Below, piece by piece: positions 1 through 9,621 of a stretch of DNA of 46,999 bases. Each line of letters begins with the position of its first letter. Within the stretch, counting starts at the first letter, position 1. The notes below the pieces were generated by a model that did not search any database, was not told the DNA's origin, and saw only the letters and a list, made by a program, of their open reading frames with translations. The stretch comes from a virus (Duplodnaviria; Caudoviricetes), in the IMG/VR virus record IMGVR_UViG_3300016476_001496, positions 1-46,999 of that record. One strand, written 5' to 3'. Both the position numbers and the translations under genes were made by a program.

Positions 1-66
1 AATTTTACAAACTTTAATTTTGAAAAAAAGGATGATTTCTATATTTGGAGTAAAAAAGAGTAATAT

Positions 67-92
67 AAAGAGAGTTTAAAACTCTCTTTTTT
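67..92. terminator. Intrinsic terminator-like hairpin
   Basis: Inverted repeat aaagagagttt/aaactctcttt followed by a T-run. Confidence 0.7.
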
Positions 93-113
93 ATTTTATG
101 AAAATAATATTTT

Positions 114-121
114 AATATATA
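114..121 (+). promoter_or_regulatory. Putative late promoter AATATATA
   Basis: Motif recurs just upstream of most structural genes in the window; analogous to the T4 late box TATAAATA. Confidence 0.6.
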
Positions 122-142
122 CATAAAAACATTAATTAATTT

Positions 143-1174
143 ATGGCTCTTTTATATGGATATGGAACTGGAAGTAATATAGAATCATCTCGTTATGATC
201 AAGTTGTTGATTTATTAAATAACATTCCTAATAATACAACTAATTATGTTACAGCAGAGTTTGTTAGAAATGCAGTATTTACACTTTGGGAGAGAATAAG
301 TGATTTGAGTGTTATTGTTGCTTCTGCATCTGCAGTACCTACAACATATATGAATGCAAATCCAACAACTATCACAGTTGGTGGAGTGGCAACAGGAACA
401 ACATTTCCAACACCTCAAACAATTCAACAAATGTTTGATGCAATTTTATATCCATATGCTTCACCAATACCATCAATTAATGTAGTTGGTTTTATTAGTA
501 GTACAACACCTATAACTACAACAAAAGAATATGGACAATCATTAAATAGTATTCTTTACTGGTCAGTTACTAAAAAATCAAATGCAATAGTAAGTATTGT
601 TGTTGATGGTACAACAATTTTACCTATTACAGGAAATTCACAAAGTGGTTGGAGAACAGTAACAGGAACTTATAGTTTTCCTCTACCAGTTAGTACAACA
701 AATAACTTCATAATGACTGTAAATGATGGAACAGGAGGAACAACAACAGGTACATCAGTTACTTGGATGAATAAAATATACTGGGGAACTATTGATTTAA
801 GTGGTCTTGTTTACCCTAATCCTGATTTAACATTAAATCCATCATATACAACTTATGTATCAGCTACAGTAACAAGTAATCTTATAAAAGCTCTAACAGG
901 TGCAGGTGTTGGTTCAGGAAGTGAATTATCAACAAGTAAAAACAAAACATATACTGGAATTAATGGTAATGGTAAGTATTTGATATTTGCTTGGCCAAGT
1001 TCAGTAAGTGGTGCATTAACACCTACTTTTACAGTTAATGGATTAGCAAATACAGCATTTACAAGAGTTAAAACTGGTTGGGCATTTACCAACACATATA
1101 ATGTAACAACAAATTATGAGGTTTGGGTAAGTAATACTATCTATAACTCACCAGCAAATGTAATAATAAGTTAA
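143..1174 (+). CDS. Putative virion structural protein (tail/baseplate-associated, beta-rich)
   Basis: 343 aa, T/S/G/N-rich; follows a late-type promoter and precedes the fibre gene. Confidence 0.55.
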   Translation: MALLYGYGTGSNIESSRYDQVVDLLNNIPNNTTNYVTAEFVRNAVFTLWERISDLSVIVASASAVPTTYMNANPTTITVGGVATGTTFPTPQTIQQMFDAILYPYASPIPSINVVGFISSTTPITTTKEYGQSLNSILYWSVTKKSNAIVSIVVDGTTILPITGNSQSGWRTVTGTYSFPLPVSTTNNFIMTVNDGTGGTTTGTSVTWMNKIYWGTIDLSGLVYPNPDLTLNPSYTTYVSATVTSNLIKALTGAGVGSGSELSTSKNKTYTGINGNGKYLIFAWPSSVSGALTPTFTVNGLANTAFTRVKTGWAFTNTYNVTTNYEVWVSNTIYNSPANVIIS

Positions 1175-1192
1175 AAAAAATATAAGAAGAAA

Positions 1193-4100
1193 ATGGCAGG
1201 AACACCAAATGTAGGAACATTAGTAGGAGCAGCAATTAGACCAATTAACTCTGCAGACTTAATCTCAACAGCTTATGCAAATGAGATTAAAGGTGGTATT
1301 CATGGATATGCAACTATAGCAGAAAGAGATAGTATAATTATTCAAAGAAGACAATGGGGTATGTTGGTTACTGTTTATGATGATCCAAATCCATCTAATA
1401 ATAAAACATATCAATTAAAATATAATAATGTTGATACTGATTTAATGAATTTACTTAACTGGGTTGAATATACTGGTGTAAGTTCTACTAATATAAGTGA
1501 GTGGCAAAATTCAGTTAAATCTATTGTTACTACAGTGCCAGCATCACCAAGTGATGGTGATAGATATTTAGTGGGTACTAGTCAATTTTCACCAGTAAAT
1601 GGTGCACCTTGGGCTGGTAATCCAGGAGGTTTTATATCAGAATATAATGCAACAACTACAAATTGGACTAATACTTATCCAACAAATGGTATGACTGTTA
1701 GAGTTGATGACCAAGATAATTCACTTTATAAATATGAAGGAACTTACTCAACTGGTACTTGGGGTAAAGAAAAATTAACTCAAGTATATTCTATTGATTT
1801 TACAGGAGATGGTACTTTATATTCAACTACAGTATTTCCACAATTTCCAACATATGATAAAGATACAATATTCTTATCTAAATTTGATGTTGTGAATACA
1901 ACTACAAATGTAAAAGTAAATATTAATGGTGTAGGATTCTTGGATGTTAAAAAACCATCAATAAATGGTTTAATAGATTTATATCCTGGTGAAATTCAAC
2001 CTGATAACATCTATAGTTTAACATATGATCAAACAAATAATTGTTTCCAATTCTTTAGAAACTACTCAAATGATGCAATAAATATAAAATATTATATTGA
2101 ACCAAATGATTATATAGTTGTACCACCATTTTGTCAATATTGGGTATATGGTGATTTAACTGTTGATGGTACTATAGTTAATTATGGCCAGGTAATTGTT
2201 GCAAATGGAGAGTTAATAATTGGTACTTCTGGACAAGTTCAAAACTTTGGAGATGTTGATTTAATAACTATAGGTGGTGGTAATTCAAATGTTGACTTTA
2301 GTGCTATAGATGGACATTTAATTCCTTCTGTTGGTGATACTTATGATATAGGTGCAACAGCAGGTTATAATTGGAGAGATTTATATTTATCAGGAAACAC
2401 AATTTACTTAGGTGATTCTACAATATCATCAGTTAATGGTGAAATTCTATTTAATGGTAGTACTACAGTAGGACCTACTGGACCTCCAGGTATGGATGGT
2501 ATTGTAGGTGGACAAATATACTATTTCAATGAGAGTGTTGTAGGTTATACTGCTTCTTATAAACAATTAGGTAATAGTCCTATTATAACAAGTGAACAAA
2601 TAGTAACAAAAACTTTAGCTCCTACCGAGTCTAATGTACTTGTTAGTTCTTATATTTCAGATAGTTTAGGATTAACTATTATACCGGGTGGTGTTCAAAG
2701 ATTTACATTACACTACTTAAAAGGTTCAAGTCAAAGTAATATATCAACTTATGCAGTAATACAATTAGCAAATGAGAATGGTGATAAATATTATGATTTA
2801 GGAGCAACTCAAGCTATTGCATTTAGTAATACACAAACTATAGATTGGAATGGTACTAATGTGGTATCAGTAAATCTTGATATTATATCAATGACTACAG
2901 AAATTCAGGCAACTGATAGAATAGTAATATCATTATATGCAAATAACTTAGATAGTACAACTCAAAGTATATCATTTTATACAGAAGGTTCTAATAATTA
3001 TTCATATATACAAACTTCAACTGCAGTTGTTCCAGGTCCAATTGGACCTACTGGTGCAACAGGTGCAACAGGACCTACTGGTGCAACAGGACTTAGTGGT
3101 GATAGATATTCAACAACATCATCAGACACATTCACAATACCAGCAGTTGGTATAACAAGAGATTTTGTAGTAGGTAGTGGATTAGCATATACACCATCAC
3201 AAACAGTTATAGTTTCACCAAATGTTGATCCAAATGATCACTTCCATGCCATAATTAATAATTACTATCCATTGACAGGTTCAATGAGTGTTACTTGTAC
3301 AGAAGATAATAATTTAGCAGGTGAAACATACTCAGCTTGGACAATTAACTTATCTGGTGCAGTTGGTGTACCTGGTGATATTGGACCTACAGGTTCAATT
3401 GGTGTAACTGGTGCAACAGGACCAACTTATGTAAATATTTTATTTACACATGCAGCAATAAATCCTGTAAATAGTACAAACTATACAATTGGTAGATTTC
3501 CACAAATACAACCATATAATATAACTACAAATAAAGGTAGTTATATATCACAATACACTGGATATATTACAGATGTTTCCATTGTTGCAGATTTCACTGG
3601 TGGTACTACTGAAAGTTCAACATTTACTATATCAAATGCAACACAAGGAACTTCATCTATTATAGATACTACTATAAAGTATGCTGCTGCTTCATCAAAT
3701 ACAACAATATTCAATGAGGCATTAACATCTGGTGTTAATCCAGTTGGATGGGTTGCAACAGGAGTTACTTTTGTTTCAGGTTATGCTTATTTTGTAAGTG
3801 TACCAAGTGCAACTTTAGATACACCATCTTTTAGTGGAACAGGATATGATACAATTACAGTAACTACAGATGTTGCAAAATTTGGTACAGGTACAGATGG
3901 ACCTTTAACTATTCAATATTCACTTGATGGTGGTTCAACTTGGCTTACTGCAGGTAATACATCAATTCCTACAAGTTCAACATATCTAACATCAACTGTT
4001 ACTATACCGGCAACCTCAGGAACAATGAAAATAAGAGTTGCTTCTATAAATACAACCAGTCAAAAAAGGTTAAAAAACTTTATTGCAGTTGGTGTTACAT

Positions 4101-4252
4101 TACCACCAATAGTTCAATATAATTATACATTATCAAATACACTACCAGTTAATAGTGGTGATATTATAAAAGTATTATGGAGTACACCTGCTTGGTTAAC
4201 TCCACCAACATCAGTAGTTAATTTACTTGATGCAAAATTAAAATTATTATAA
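1193..4252 (+). CDS. Tail fibre-like protein with collagen-like GXY repeats and a DUF2793-like segment
   Basis: 1019 aa; GPTGATGATGPTGATG tracts; TTVPASPSDGDRYLVG..W motif; T/S-rich beta domains. Confidence 0.7.
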   Translation: MAGTPNVGTLVGAAIRPINSADLISTAYANEIKGGIHGYATIAERDSIIIQRRQWGMLVTVYDDPNPSNNKTYQLKYNNVDTDLMNLLNWVEYTGVSSTNISEWQNSVKSIVTTVPASPSDGDRYLVGTSQFSPVNGAPWAGNPGGFISEYNATTTNWTNTYPTNGMTVRVDDQDNSLYKYEGTYSTGTWGKEKLTQVYSIDFTGDGTLYSTTVFPQFPTYDKDTIFLSKFDVVNTTTNVKVNINGVGFLDVKKPSINGLIDLYPGEIQPDNIYSLTYDQTNNCFQFFRNYSNDAINIKYYIEPNDYIVVPPFCQYWVYGDLTVDGTIVNYGQVIVANGELIIGTSGQVQNFGDVDLITIGGGNSNVDFSAIDGHLIPSVGDTYDIGATAGYNWRDLYLSGNTIYLGDSTISSVNGEILFNGSTTVGPTGPPGMDGIVGGQIYYFNESVVGYTASYKQLGNSPIITSEQIVTKTLAPTESNVLVSSYISDSLGLTIIPGGVQRFTLHYLKGSSQSNISTYAVIQLANENGDKYYDLGATQAIAFSNTQTIDWNGTNVVSVNLDIISMTTEIQATDRIVISLYANNLDSTTQSISFYTEGSNNYSYIQTSTAVVPGPIGPTGATGATGPTGATGLSGDRYSTTSSDTFTIPAVGITRDFVVGSGLAYTPSQTVIVSPNVDPNDHFHAIINNYYPLTGSMSVTCTEDNNLAGETYSAWTINLSGAVGVPGDIGPTGSIGVTGATGPTYVNILFTHAAINPVNSTNYTIGRFPQIQPYNITTNKGSYISQYTGYITDVSIVADFTGGTTESSTFTISNATQGTSSIIDTTIKYAAASSNTTIFNEALTSGVNPVGWVATGVTFVSGYAYFVSVPSATLDTPSFSGTGYDTITVTTDVAKFGTGTDGPLTIQYSLDGGSTWLTAGNTSIPTSSTYLTSTVTIPATSGTMKIRVASINTTSQKRLKNFIAVGVTLPPIVQYNYTLSNTLPVNSGDIIKVLWSTPAWLTPPTSVVNLLDAKLKLL

Positions 4253-4686
4253 TGAATAAATATGAAATAATTGAAGTTAATGGACAATCAATAATTGTTT
4301 ACTATCAAGATAATGTTGAAATAACTAGAGAAGTATATAATTCATCTTATGTAATCAGAACTGGTTATGAAAAAAGGAATAAAATGACTCTACCAGAAGG
4401 ACATTCAATTCCTTTTGTTGAAGGTGATTATCTATATAATTTTTATCTTGAACTATTGAAAGATGATGATAATTTAGATGAAGATGGATTTCTATCAACC
4501 ATAGGTAAATATAATTTTAATAAAGAAATAAGAAAAGTTTATTCAAATAAAATATCAAATATAGAAGGTATGAGTGAAGCAGTTGAAAGATTTGCAATTG
4601 ATGGAACACCAGTACCACAAACTATAATAAACCAAAGAGATGCATTAAAAACAGAGTTTTTTACAATAACTAATACTCTTTATTAA
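4252..4686 (+). CDS. Hypothetical protein, possible fibre assembly chaperone
   Basis: 144 aa, translationally coupled (TAATG) to the fibre gene. Confidence 0.45.
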   Translation: MNKYEIIEVNGQSIIVYYQDNVEITREVYNSSYVIRTGYEKRNKMTLPEGHSIPFVEGDYLYNFYLELLKDDDNLDEDGFLSTIGKYNFNKEIRKVYSNKISNIEGMSEAVERFAIDGTPVPQTIINQRDALKTEFFTITNTLY

Positions 4687-4702
4687 TTTAATATATATGA
4701 TA

Positions 4703-5467
4703 ATGAAAGTAAATAAATATTTTGAATTTGTACAAGCTGATTTAGAACCAGTAAAATCATTTCATATCAAAGATGAATTGAATCCTAAAGTATGGGATAA
4801 TTTTGAACTTGATGATGAAATAAGGAGAGAACTATTACAAATAGGTGAAGACTTCTATAGTGAATTAGATTTAGAAGCAGATGTACTTGATATTATATTC
4901 TGTGGTTCATTATGTAACTATAACTGGTCTGAAAAATATTCAGATTTTGACCTACATGTTATCATAAGACACTCTGATGTTGATGAAAATGTAGAATTAG
5001 TTGAAAAGTATTGTGATTATGCTAAGAAATTATGGAATGACCAACATGATATTCAAATTAAAGGTTATGATGTTGAAATAATGTTACAAGACATCAACTC
5101 ATTAAAAGAAGGAATTGAAAGTGGTAAAATGGGTGGTGCTTATTCTATCTTAAAAGATAAATGGGTTAAGAAACCTCAAAAAATTGATTTTGTTCCAGAT
5201 GAGGAAGAAATTAAAGAGAAAGCTAAAACTATAATGTCAAAAATTGATGACTTAGAAGAAGCTGCAAAAGAAGATACTTATGATGCACTTAAAGATAAAA
5301 TCAAAAAAGTGTGGACTAAAATAAAAGATAGTAGAAAAAGTGGTCTTGATAGTGAAGGTGGAGAGTTCTCAACAGGAAATCTTGTATTCAAATTACTAAG
5401 ACGTAACAACTATATAGGAAAAATAATGAAGCTTAAAAGACAAGCTTATGATAAACAATTTAATTAA
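4703..5467 (+). CDS. Pol-beta superfamily nucleotidyltransferase
   Basis: GSLCNYNWS..SDFDLH motif plus downstream DVE; start moved to 4703 because ATG 4697 overlaps the AATATATA box. Confidence 0.75.
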   Translation: MKVNKYFEFVQADLEPVKSFHIKDELNPKVWDNFELDDEIRRELLQIGEDFYSELDLEADVLDIIFCGSLCNYNWSEKYSDFDLHVIIRHSDVDENVELVEKYCDYAKKLWNDQHDIQIKGYDVEIMLQDINSLKEGIESGKMGGAYSILKDKWVKKPQKIDFVPDEEEIKEKAKTIMSKIDDLEEAAKEDTYDALKDKIKKVWTKIKDSRKSGLDSEGGEFSTGNLVFKLLRRNNYIGKIMKLKRQAYDKQFN

Positions 5468-5470
5468 ATT

Positions 5471-6175
5471 ATGCATATTAGAATAGCCGAAATAGAAGAA
5501 GCATTTAAAGAGATATTTAGTGAAGAAGATGGTGTAGTAAGTGCCATTGAAACAGTATATGAGAAATCAAAAGATGGTGATTACCTTAAATTAGTAATTT
5601 GTTTACAAGGTCTTTCAACAGAGGATATTTCTATAATACACACTAAGTTTATTTTTAAAACAGACTTAGAAAAAAGAAATATTATTGAAAATTCATTTAT
5701 ATATCTTTATGATATAAATTGTGTTTATCACAAAATGGAGTTTGATAGTATAATTGAACTAAAACAAAAAATTGATGACATCATTGAGTCTAATAACTTT
5801 GGTGAAGATATACAAATCTTATCAGACTTTATTGAAGCACCTGCAATGTTCTTGAATTACTATATGAAAAGAGCAAAGATTACTGAGTATTCTGTTTTTG
5901 ATGTAGAATATGAACCTAAGTTTAAAATAGTTTCTTGTGAGAAAACTACATTTGACTTTAAAATAAATATTAATAATAGTTATGATATTGAATTTTCAAT
6001 ACATAAAATAGATAAAGATTTAACTGAGGATCCTGATGATATAGATATGTATAAATTACAATTTAGATTTATGGATGAAATTGAATCTGTAGAAAGTGAT
6101 ACAATTAAAAATATACACTTCTTAATTGGATCAAATATGTCTAAATTATTAGATAGAAAACTAAAAAATCAATAA
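5471..6175 (+). CDS. Hypothetical protein
   Basis: 234 aa acidic ORF in the same operon. Confidence 0.7.
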   Translation: MHIRIAEIEEAFKEIFSEEDGVVSAIETVYEKSKDGDYLKLVICLQGLSTEDISIIHTKFIFKTDLEKRNIIENSFIYLYDINCVYHKMEFDSIIELKQKIDDIIESNNFGEDIQILSDFIEAPAMFLNYYMKRAKITEYSVFDVEYEPKFKIVSCEKTTFDFKININNSYDIEFSIHKIDKDLTEDPDDIDMYKLQFRFMDEIESVESDTIKNIHFLIGSNMSKLLDRKLKNQ

Positions 6176-6180
6176 ACACA

Positions 6181-6534
6181 ATGGTAAAAATGGTAAAATT
6201 TGAAGACTTCAAAAAAGAAGAAGAACAAAAAGAGCTTCAAGACTTAGAAAGAACATTTACTAAAAATAGTTCTGATAAACAACAATATCCAAGAAATACA
6301 AAATTTCACTATAATGATGTAACTAAAAAAATGGATGATTTGTCAGTTGATGAGGTTGATGATTCTATTGAAAGTTTAGAAGAATCACATGGAAGTGATT
6401 TAACTGCACACCAGATAGTTCTTAACTCACTTAAAATGTATAATTTGGAAAGTGTTGCTAAAAATGATAGTCTAAAAGAAGAATTGGCAAGAGAAATTGT
6501 AAATGATTTAGTACATGCTAATTTAATGAAATAA
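6181..6534 (+). CDS. Hypothetical protein with capsid-targeting-like leader
   Basis: 117 aa, N-terminus MVKFEDFKKEE. Confidence 0.65.
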   Translation: MVKMVKFEDFKKEEEQKELQDLERTFTKNSSDKQQYPRNTKFHYNDVTKKMDDLSVDEVDDSIESLEESHGSDLTAHQIVLNSLKMYNLESVAKNDSLKEELAREIVNDLVHANLMK

Positions 6535-6565
6535 AAAAAGAGAAGAATAAATCTTCTCTTTTTTT
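6533..6565. terminator. Bidirectional intrinsic terminator
   Basis: aaaaaagagaaga-ataaa-tcttctctttttt between convergent genes. Confidence 0.8.
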
Positions 6566-6893
6566 ATATTAATTTATTTATTGTTAATTCTCTATTAACA
6601 GACTTTGTTATATGACCAAGTACTGTCTTTTCTAACTTATCCTGTATATTAAGTTTTTCTGTATCATCCTGACTATTTTCATATATATCAATAAGTTTAT
6701 AGTTCTCATTATACCAACTATAAAACATATCAATACAAATCTCCATAAAGTCTTCAAAATCATCATTAGACTCATATACTGCTCTTAATACAACCAAGTC
6801 TAAATCATAGAACTCTATAGCAAAATCACTATTCCAACTTATATCAACAACAAAACCTAAATCAACTATCTTATCAAGATGTGTTTTAATCAT
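6564..6893 (-). CDS. Hypothetical protein with C-terminal RxxK(I/L)xxLL-like motif
   Basis: 109 aa ending RELTINKLI. Confidence 0.65.
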   Translation of the reverse strand: MIKTHLDKIVDLGFVVDISWNSDFAIEFYDLDLVVLRAVYESNDDFEDFMEICIDMFYSWYNENYKLIDIYENSQDDTEKLNIQDKLEKTVLGHITKSVNRELTINKLI

Positions 6894-7605
6894 TTAATAA
6901 AGTATCTATTTTTTTATCTCTCAATTCAGTAAGATATTTATTATAATTATTAGAATACATTTTATCAATAACATAACATATTTTACTATCATATGATGAA
7001 AACATATCAAAATCTATAACAATTCTTGGTGTAAAAGTTGCCTCATTTTTAATTTCAGAATCAATATAGTTGATATTTAATCTCAAATCATTTATCAACA
7101 ATACAATATTATCATTAAATCTCATATATGGGTCAATAAATAATTCAATAGTTGATAGAAATCCTATACTATAAATATCAGCACCACTATTTAATACAGT
7201 TGTTTTAAAGTGAAATCTAGCATCATCTTGAATAACCGATGCTAACATTGAACTTAATATACACTTCTTATAACCAGAATTGATAATATAGTCAATCAAT
7301 TCATCTGTAGCAGGTTTAACCAATTCAACATCATTATTATATTTTGATAAATCTAAAAAATCAGTAATAGAATTATCCATTAATTCTTTAACACATTTTC
7401 TACCAATTGATTGAATAATATCATTAGATATATGTTCTTTCATAATATCAAACTCTGCAGGTCCTACACTTACAGATGTAGAATACTTAGCAAAATTAGT
7501 ATTAACAGATTTATCAAATGTTATAACATCACTTAGTTTAATATCATTAAATAGTTCTTTAATCTCTAAATGGATCCCATTCTGGTTCTGTTGCATTTGA
7601 TTCAA
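6886..7605 (-). CDS. Truncated major-capsid-protein paralog with C-terminal RDKKIDTLL tag
   Basis: IYSIGFLSTIELFIDPYMRFNDN and EATFTPRIV align by eye to LYPVGSIGDISIYVDPYMRYNDN and EATFAPRML of the capsid protein at 13713-15416. Confidence 0.8.
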   Translation of the reverse strand: MNQMQQNQNGIHLEIKELFNDIKLSDVITFDKSVNTNFAKYSTSVSVGPAEFDIMKEHISNDIIQSIGRKCVKELMDNSITDFLDLSKYNNDVELVKPATDELIDYIINSGYKKCILSSMLASVIQDDARFHFKTTVLNSGADIYSIGFLSTIELFIDPYMRFNDNIVLLINDLRLNINYIDSEIKNEATFTPRIVIDFDMFSSYDSKICYVIDKMYSNNYNKYLTELRDKKIDTLLND

Positions 7606-8542
7606 CTTTTATTTTTTCTCCAGTCTCAGGGTTGTAATTCATAATCAATAATTCAACACCTTTCTCTTTATCAACACCTTCTACTTTGTTTTTAATAACT
7701 GCAGAAGGTCTATGAAACTCTTTAGAAGTCCAAAAATACTCATCTTTAGGTAATAATTCCTCTAATAATGGAAAGTAATAATATGATAATGACCATCTAC
7801 ATTTAGATTCTTTTAACAACTCTAATAAACGTCTGTGTGAGGAAACACCAAAGGTGTTGTCTGTGTCACATCCATACCAAAATAGTCTTCTACCATCATC
7901 ATCATTTTTAATGTCATTAAAACGAGCATAAGGTGGGTCTAAATACAAATAAGTATCTTCTGAATCATACTTTTTAATTACATCTTCAAAATCCATATTA
8001 TGGAAGTTTGTAATCTTTTGTAATCTTTCAGTGTATTTGTTTTTCTCTAACTTATTGATTAATATTTGTAAGTTTAGTTTATTAGTTTTTTTCTTGAATC
8101 CAGTGAAACCACCACCTCTTGGATAAACTGAACTAAAACTTGATGTTATTAAGAATGCATAAATTGCAGCTACTTTAAAATCACCTAATTCAAAGTTCAT
8201 ATCATCTAAGAAATCATTTGTAACATAAGTTCTATAAATACCTTTATAGAAGTCCCATTTCTTATCTAATTCAGTTTCTTCTGTATATAGAAGTCCACCA
8301 AAGTCCATTAGTTTTTTAAGTTCAACCAAAAACTCTTCTGGTCTTGAACAACATTGCATCAAGTTAGCTTGATGTCTATTTCTATCATTAAAGATAACAT
8401 TTTCAAATTCTAATTTAGAATCTAAATAGATTGCAAATGAACCAGAAAAAGGTTCTACATAAGTTTTACAATCTTTTGGTATTATAGGTGTGATAAAAGA
8501 CTGAAAGTTTGCCTTACCACCAAAATATGAAATTATACTCAT
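7559..8542 (-). CDS. dam: DNA adenine methyltransferase (Dam/D12 class)
   Basis: YFGGK, YVEPFSGS (motif I) and YLDPPY (motif IV). Confidence 0.9.
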   Translation of the reverse strand: MSIISYFGGKANFQSFITPIIPKDCKTYVEPFSGSFAIYLDSKLEFENVIFNDRNRHQANLMQCCSRPEEFLVELKKLMDFGGLLYTEETELDKKWDFYKGIYRTYVTNDFLDDMNFELGDFKVAAIYAFLITSSFSSVYPRGGGFTGFKKKTNKLNLQILINKLEKNKYTERLQKITNFHNMDFEDVIKKYDSEDTYLYLDPPYARFNDIKNDDDGRRLFWYGCDTDNTFGVSSHRRLLELLKESKCRWSLSYYYFPLLEELLPKDEYFWTSKEFHRPSAVIKNKVEGVDKEKGVELLIMNYNPETGEKIKVESNATEPEWDPFRD

Positions 8543-8564
8543 TTTTATATGTTTTTATTTGTTT

Positions 8565-8591
8565 TTATATGAATTGAAAGTCCAAAAGTTT
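8565..8591 (-). promoter_or_regulatory. Putative middle promoter AAAC-N18-TATAA
   Basis: Same bipartite motif found upstream of six other replication/regulatory or accessory genes. Confidence 0.5.
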
Positions 8592-9096
8592 ATTTCTTTG
8601 GAAATAGAACATCATAAAGATTTGGTTTCTTTGTACCATCTAATTCACTTCTAATATCCATTAAAAGTTTACCTAAGTGGTTTTTACCTTTACCTGCACA
8701 TTTCTCACAAGTACATTGACCCCAATAGTTGTCATGCCAATAGTTACCTTCAACTATTGGAACATTACCAGTCATTAGTAACATTTCTTTTAATTCAGGT
8801 TTCTTAAACTTCTCATTAACACCCCAAGTCATAAACTCTAATTTCTTAGAATCCCAGTCAGGTCTTATTTTAATTTGTTGACCTATTTTCTTTACTCTTC
8901 CTGGACTTGGAATTTTTGCAATCATTTCTCTAAAATCCACAGGAGTATAATATACACCATCAATTGTTTGATTACTATTACATTTCATTGCAACATAGTA
9001 ATGTTCTACAGATGGGTAAGTTATACCTTGGTGTTCTATTTCACAGGGGTAGAAGTTTGAAAGAAAACTATATCTACCATTAAATCTATTTATCAT
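8590..9096 (-). CDS. NADAR (YbiA/DUF1768) family protein
   Basis: FLSNFY, YPSVEHYY.AMK, VEGNYWHDNYWG and GKNHLGKLLM motifs. Confidence 0.9.
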   Translation of the reverse strand: MINRFNGRYSFLSNFYPCEIEHQGITYPSVEHYYVAMKCNSNQTIDGVYYTPVDFREMIAKIPSPGRVKKIGQQIKIRPDWDSKKLEFMTWGVNEKFKKPELKEMLLMTGNVPIVEGNYWHDNYWGQCTCEKCAGKGKNHLGKLLMDIRSELDGTKKPNLYDVLFPKK

Positions 9097-9101
9097 AATT
9101 A

Positions 9102-9109
9102 CAAAGTTA
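9102..9109 (-). promoter_or_regulatory. Bacteroidota-type -7 promoter element TAnnTTTG (TAACTTTG)
   Basis: 5 nt upstream of the NADAR ATG; same arrangement at 29523, 33305, 36482 and 37626. Confidence 0.65.
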
Positions 9110-9127
9110 ATATTTAATATATAATAT

Positions 9128-9607
9128 ATGAAATATTTGAAAAAGTTTTTTGAATCATTTGGAGATAAAAATATTATAGAAGAGTTACAAAAATTTTGTA
9201 ATGAGAACTTAGCCTACTTAATAGATGAAGGTTATCAAGTAAAAGTAATATGGACACCAAATTGTAATGCTTGGAGATTAGTATTTGAAAAAGTTAAAAG
9301 AGAAGCAGCACATTTAAGAGATTCTGAAAGAATAAACTCTTTTTACTGGAGAGAAGTAAAAGATGATTTTATACCTTTCTTTGAAATGTTAGATAGTAAA
9401 TATGAATTATGTGGAACTTTTAACAATGATTGGGTTCCTTCATATCAAAAGGATATTAAAGATGAATTAGTTGTAGATTTTGAAACACCTATGTATATTG
9501 TAGAACATACACATTTCTTCTATGAAAGAAAACAATTGTTATCAGGTAATGTAACAAGAAAAAAAATTAAGAAAATAATTATATATGTAAAAAACCCATC
9601 AAATTGA
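9128..9607 (+). CDS. Hypothetical protein with capsid-targeting-like leader
   Basis: 159 aa, MKYLKKFFESF; AATATATA at 9116-9123. Confidence 0.7.
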   Translation: MKYLKKFFESFGDKNIIEELQKFCNENLAYLIDEGYQVKVIWTPNCNAWRLVFEKVKREAAHLRDSERINSFYWREVKDDFIPFFEMLDSKYELCGTFNNDWVPSYQKDIKDELVVDFETPMYIVEHTHFFYERKQLLSGNVTRKKIKKIIIYVKNPSN

Positions 9608-9617
9608 TGGGTTTTTT
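9589..9617. terminator. Bidirectional terminator between ORF 9128 and tmRNA
   Basis: aaaaaacccatcaa-a-ttgatgggtttttt. Confidence 0.8.
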
Positions 9618-9621
9618 GTTG

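Noticed and set aside
3030-3425. GGACCTACTGGTGCAACA repeats as regulatory or DGR repeats
   Set aside because: They encode collagen-like GXY triplets; no reverse transcriptase or adenine-variable repeat pair was seen.
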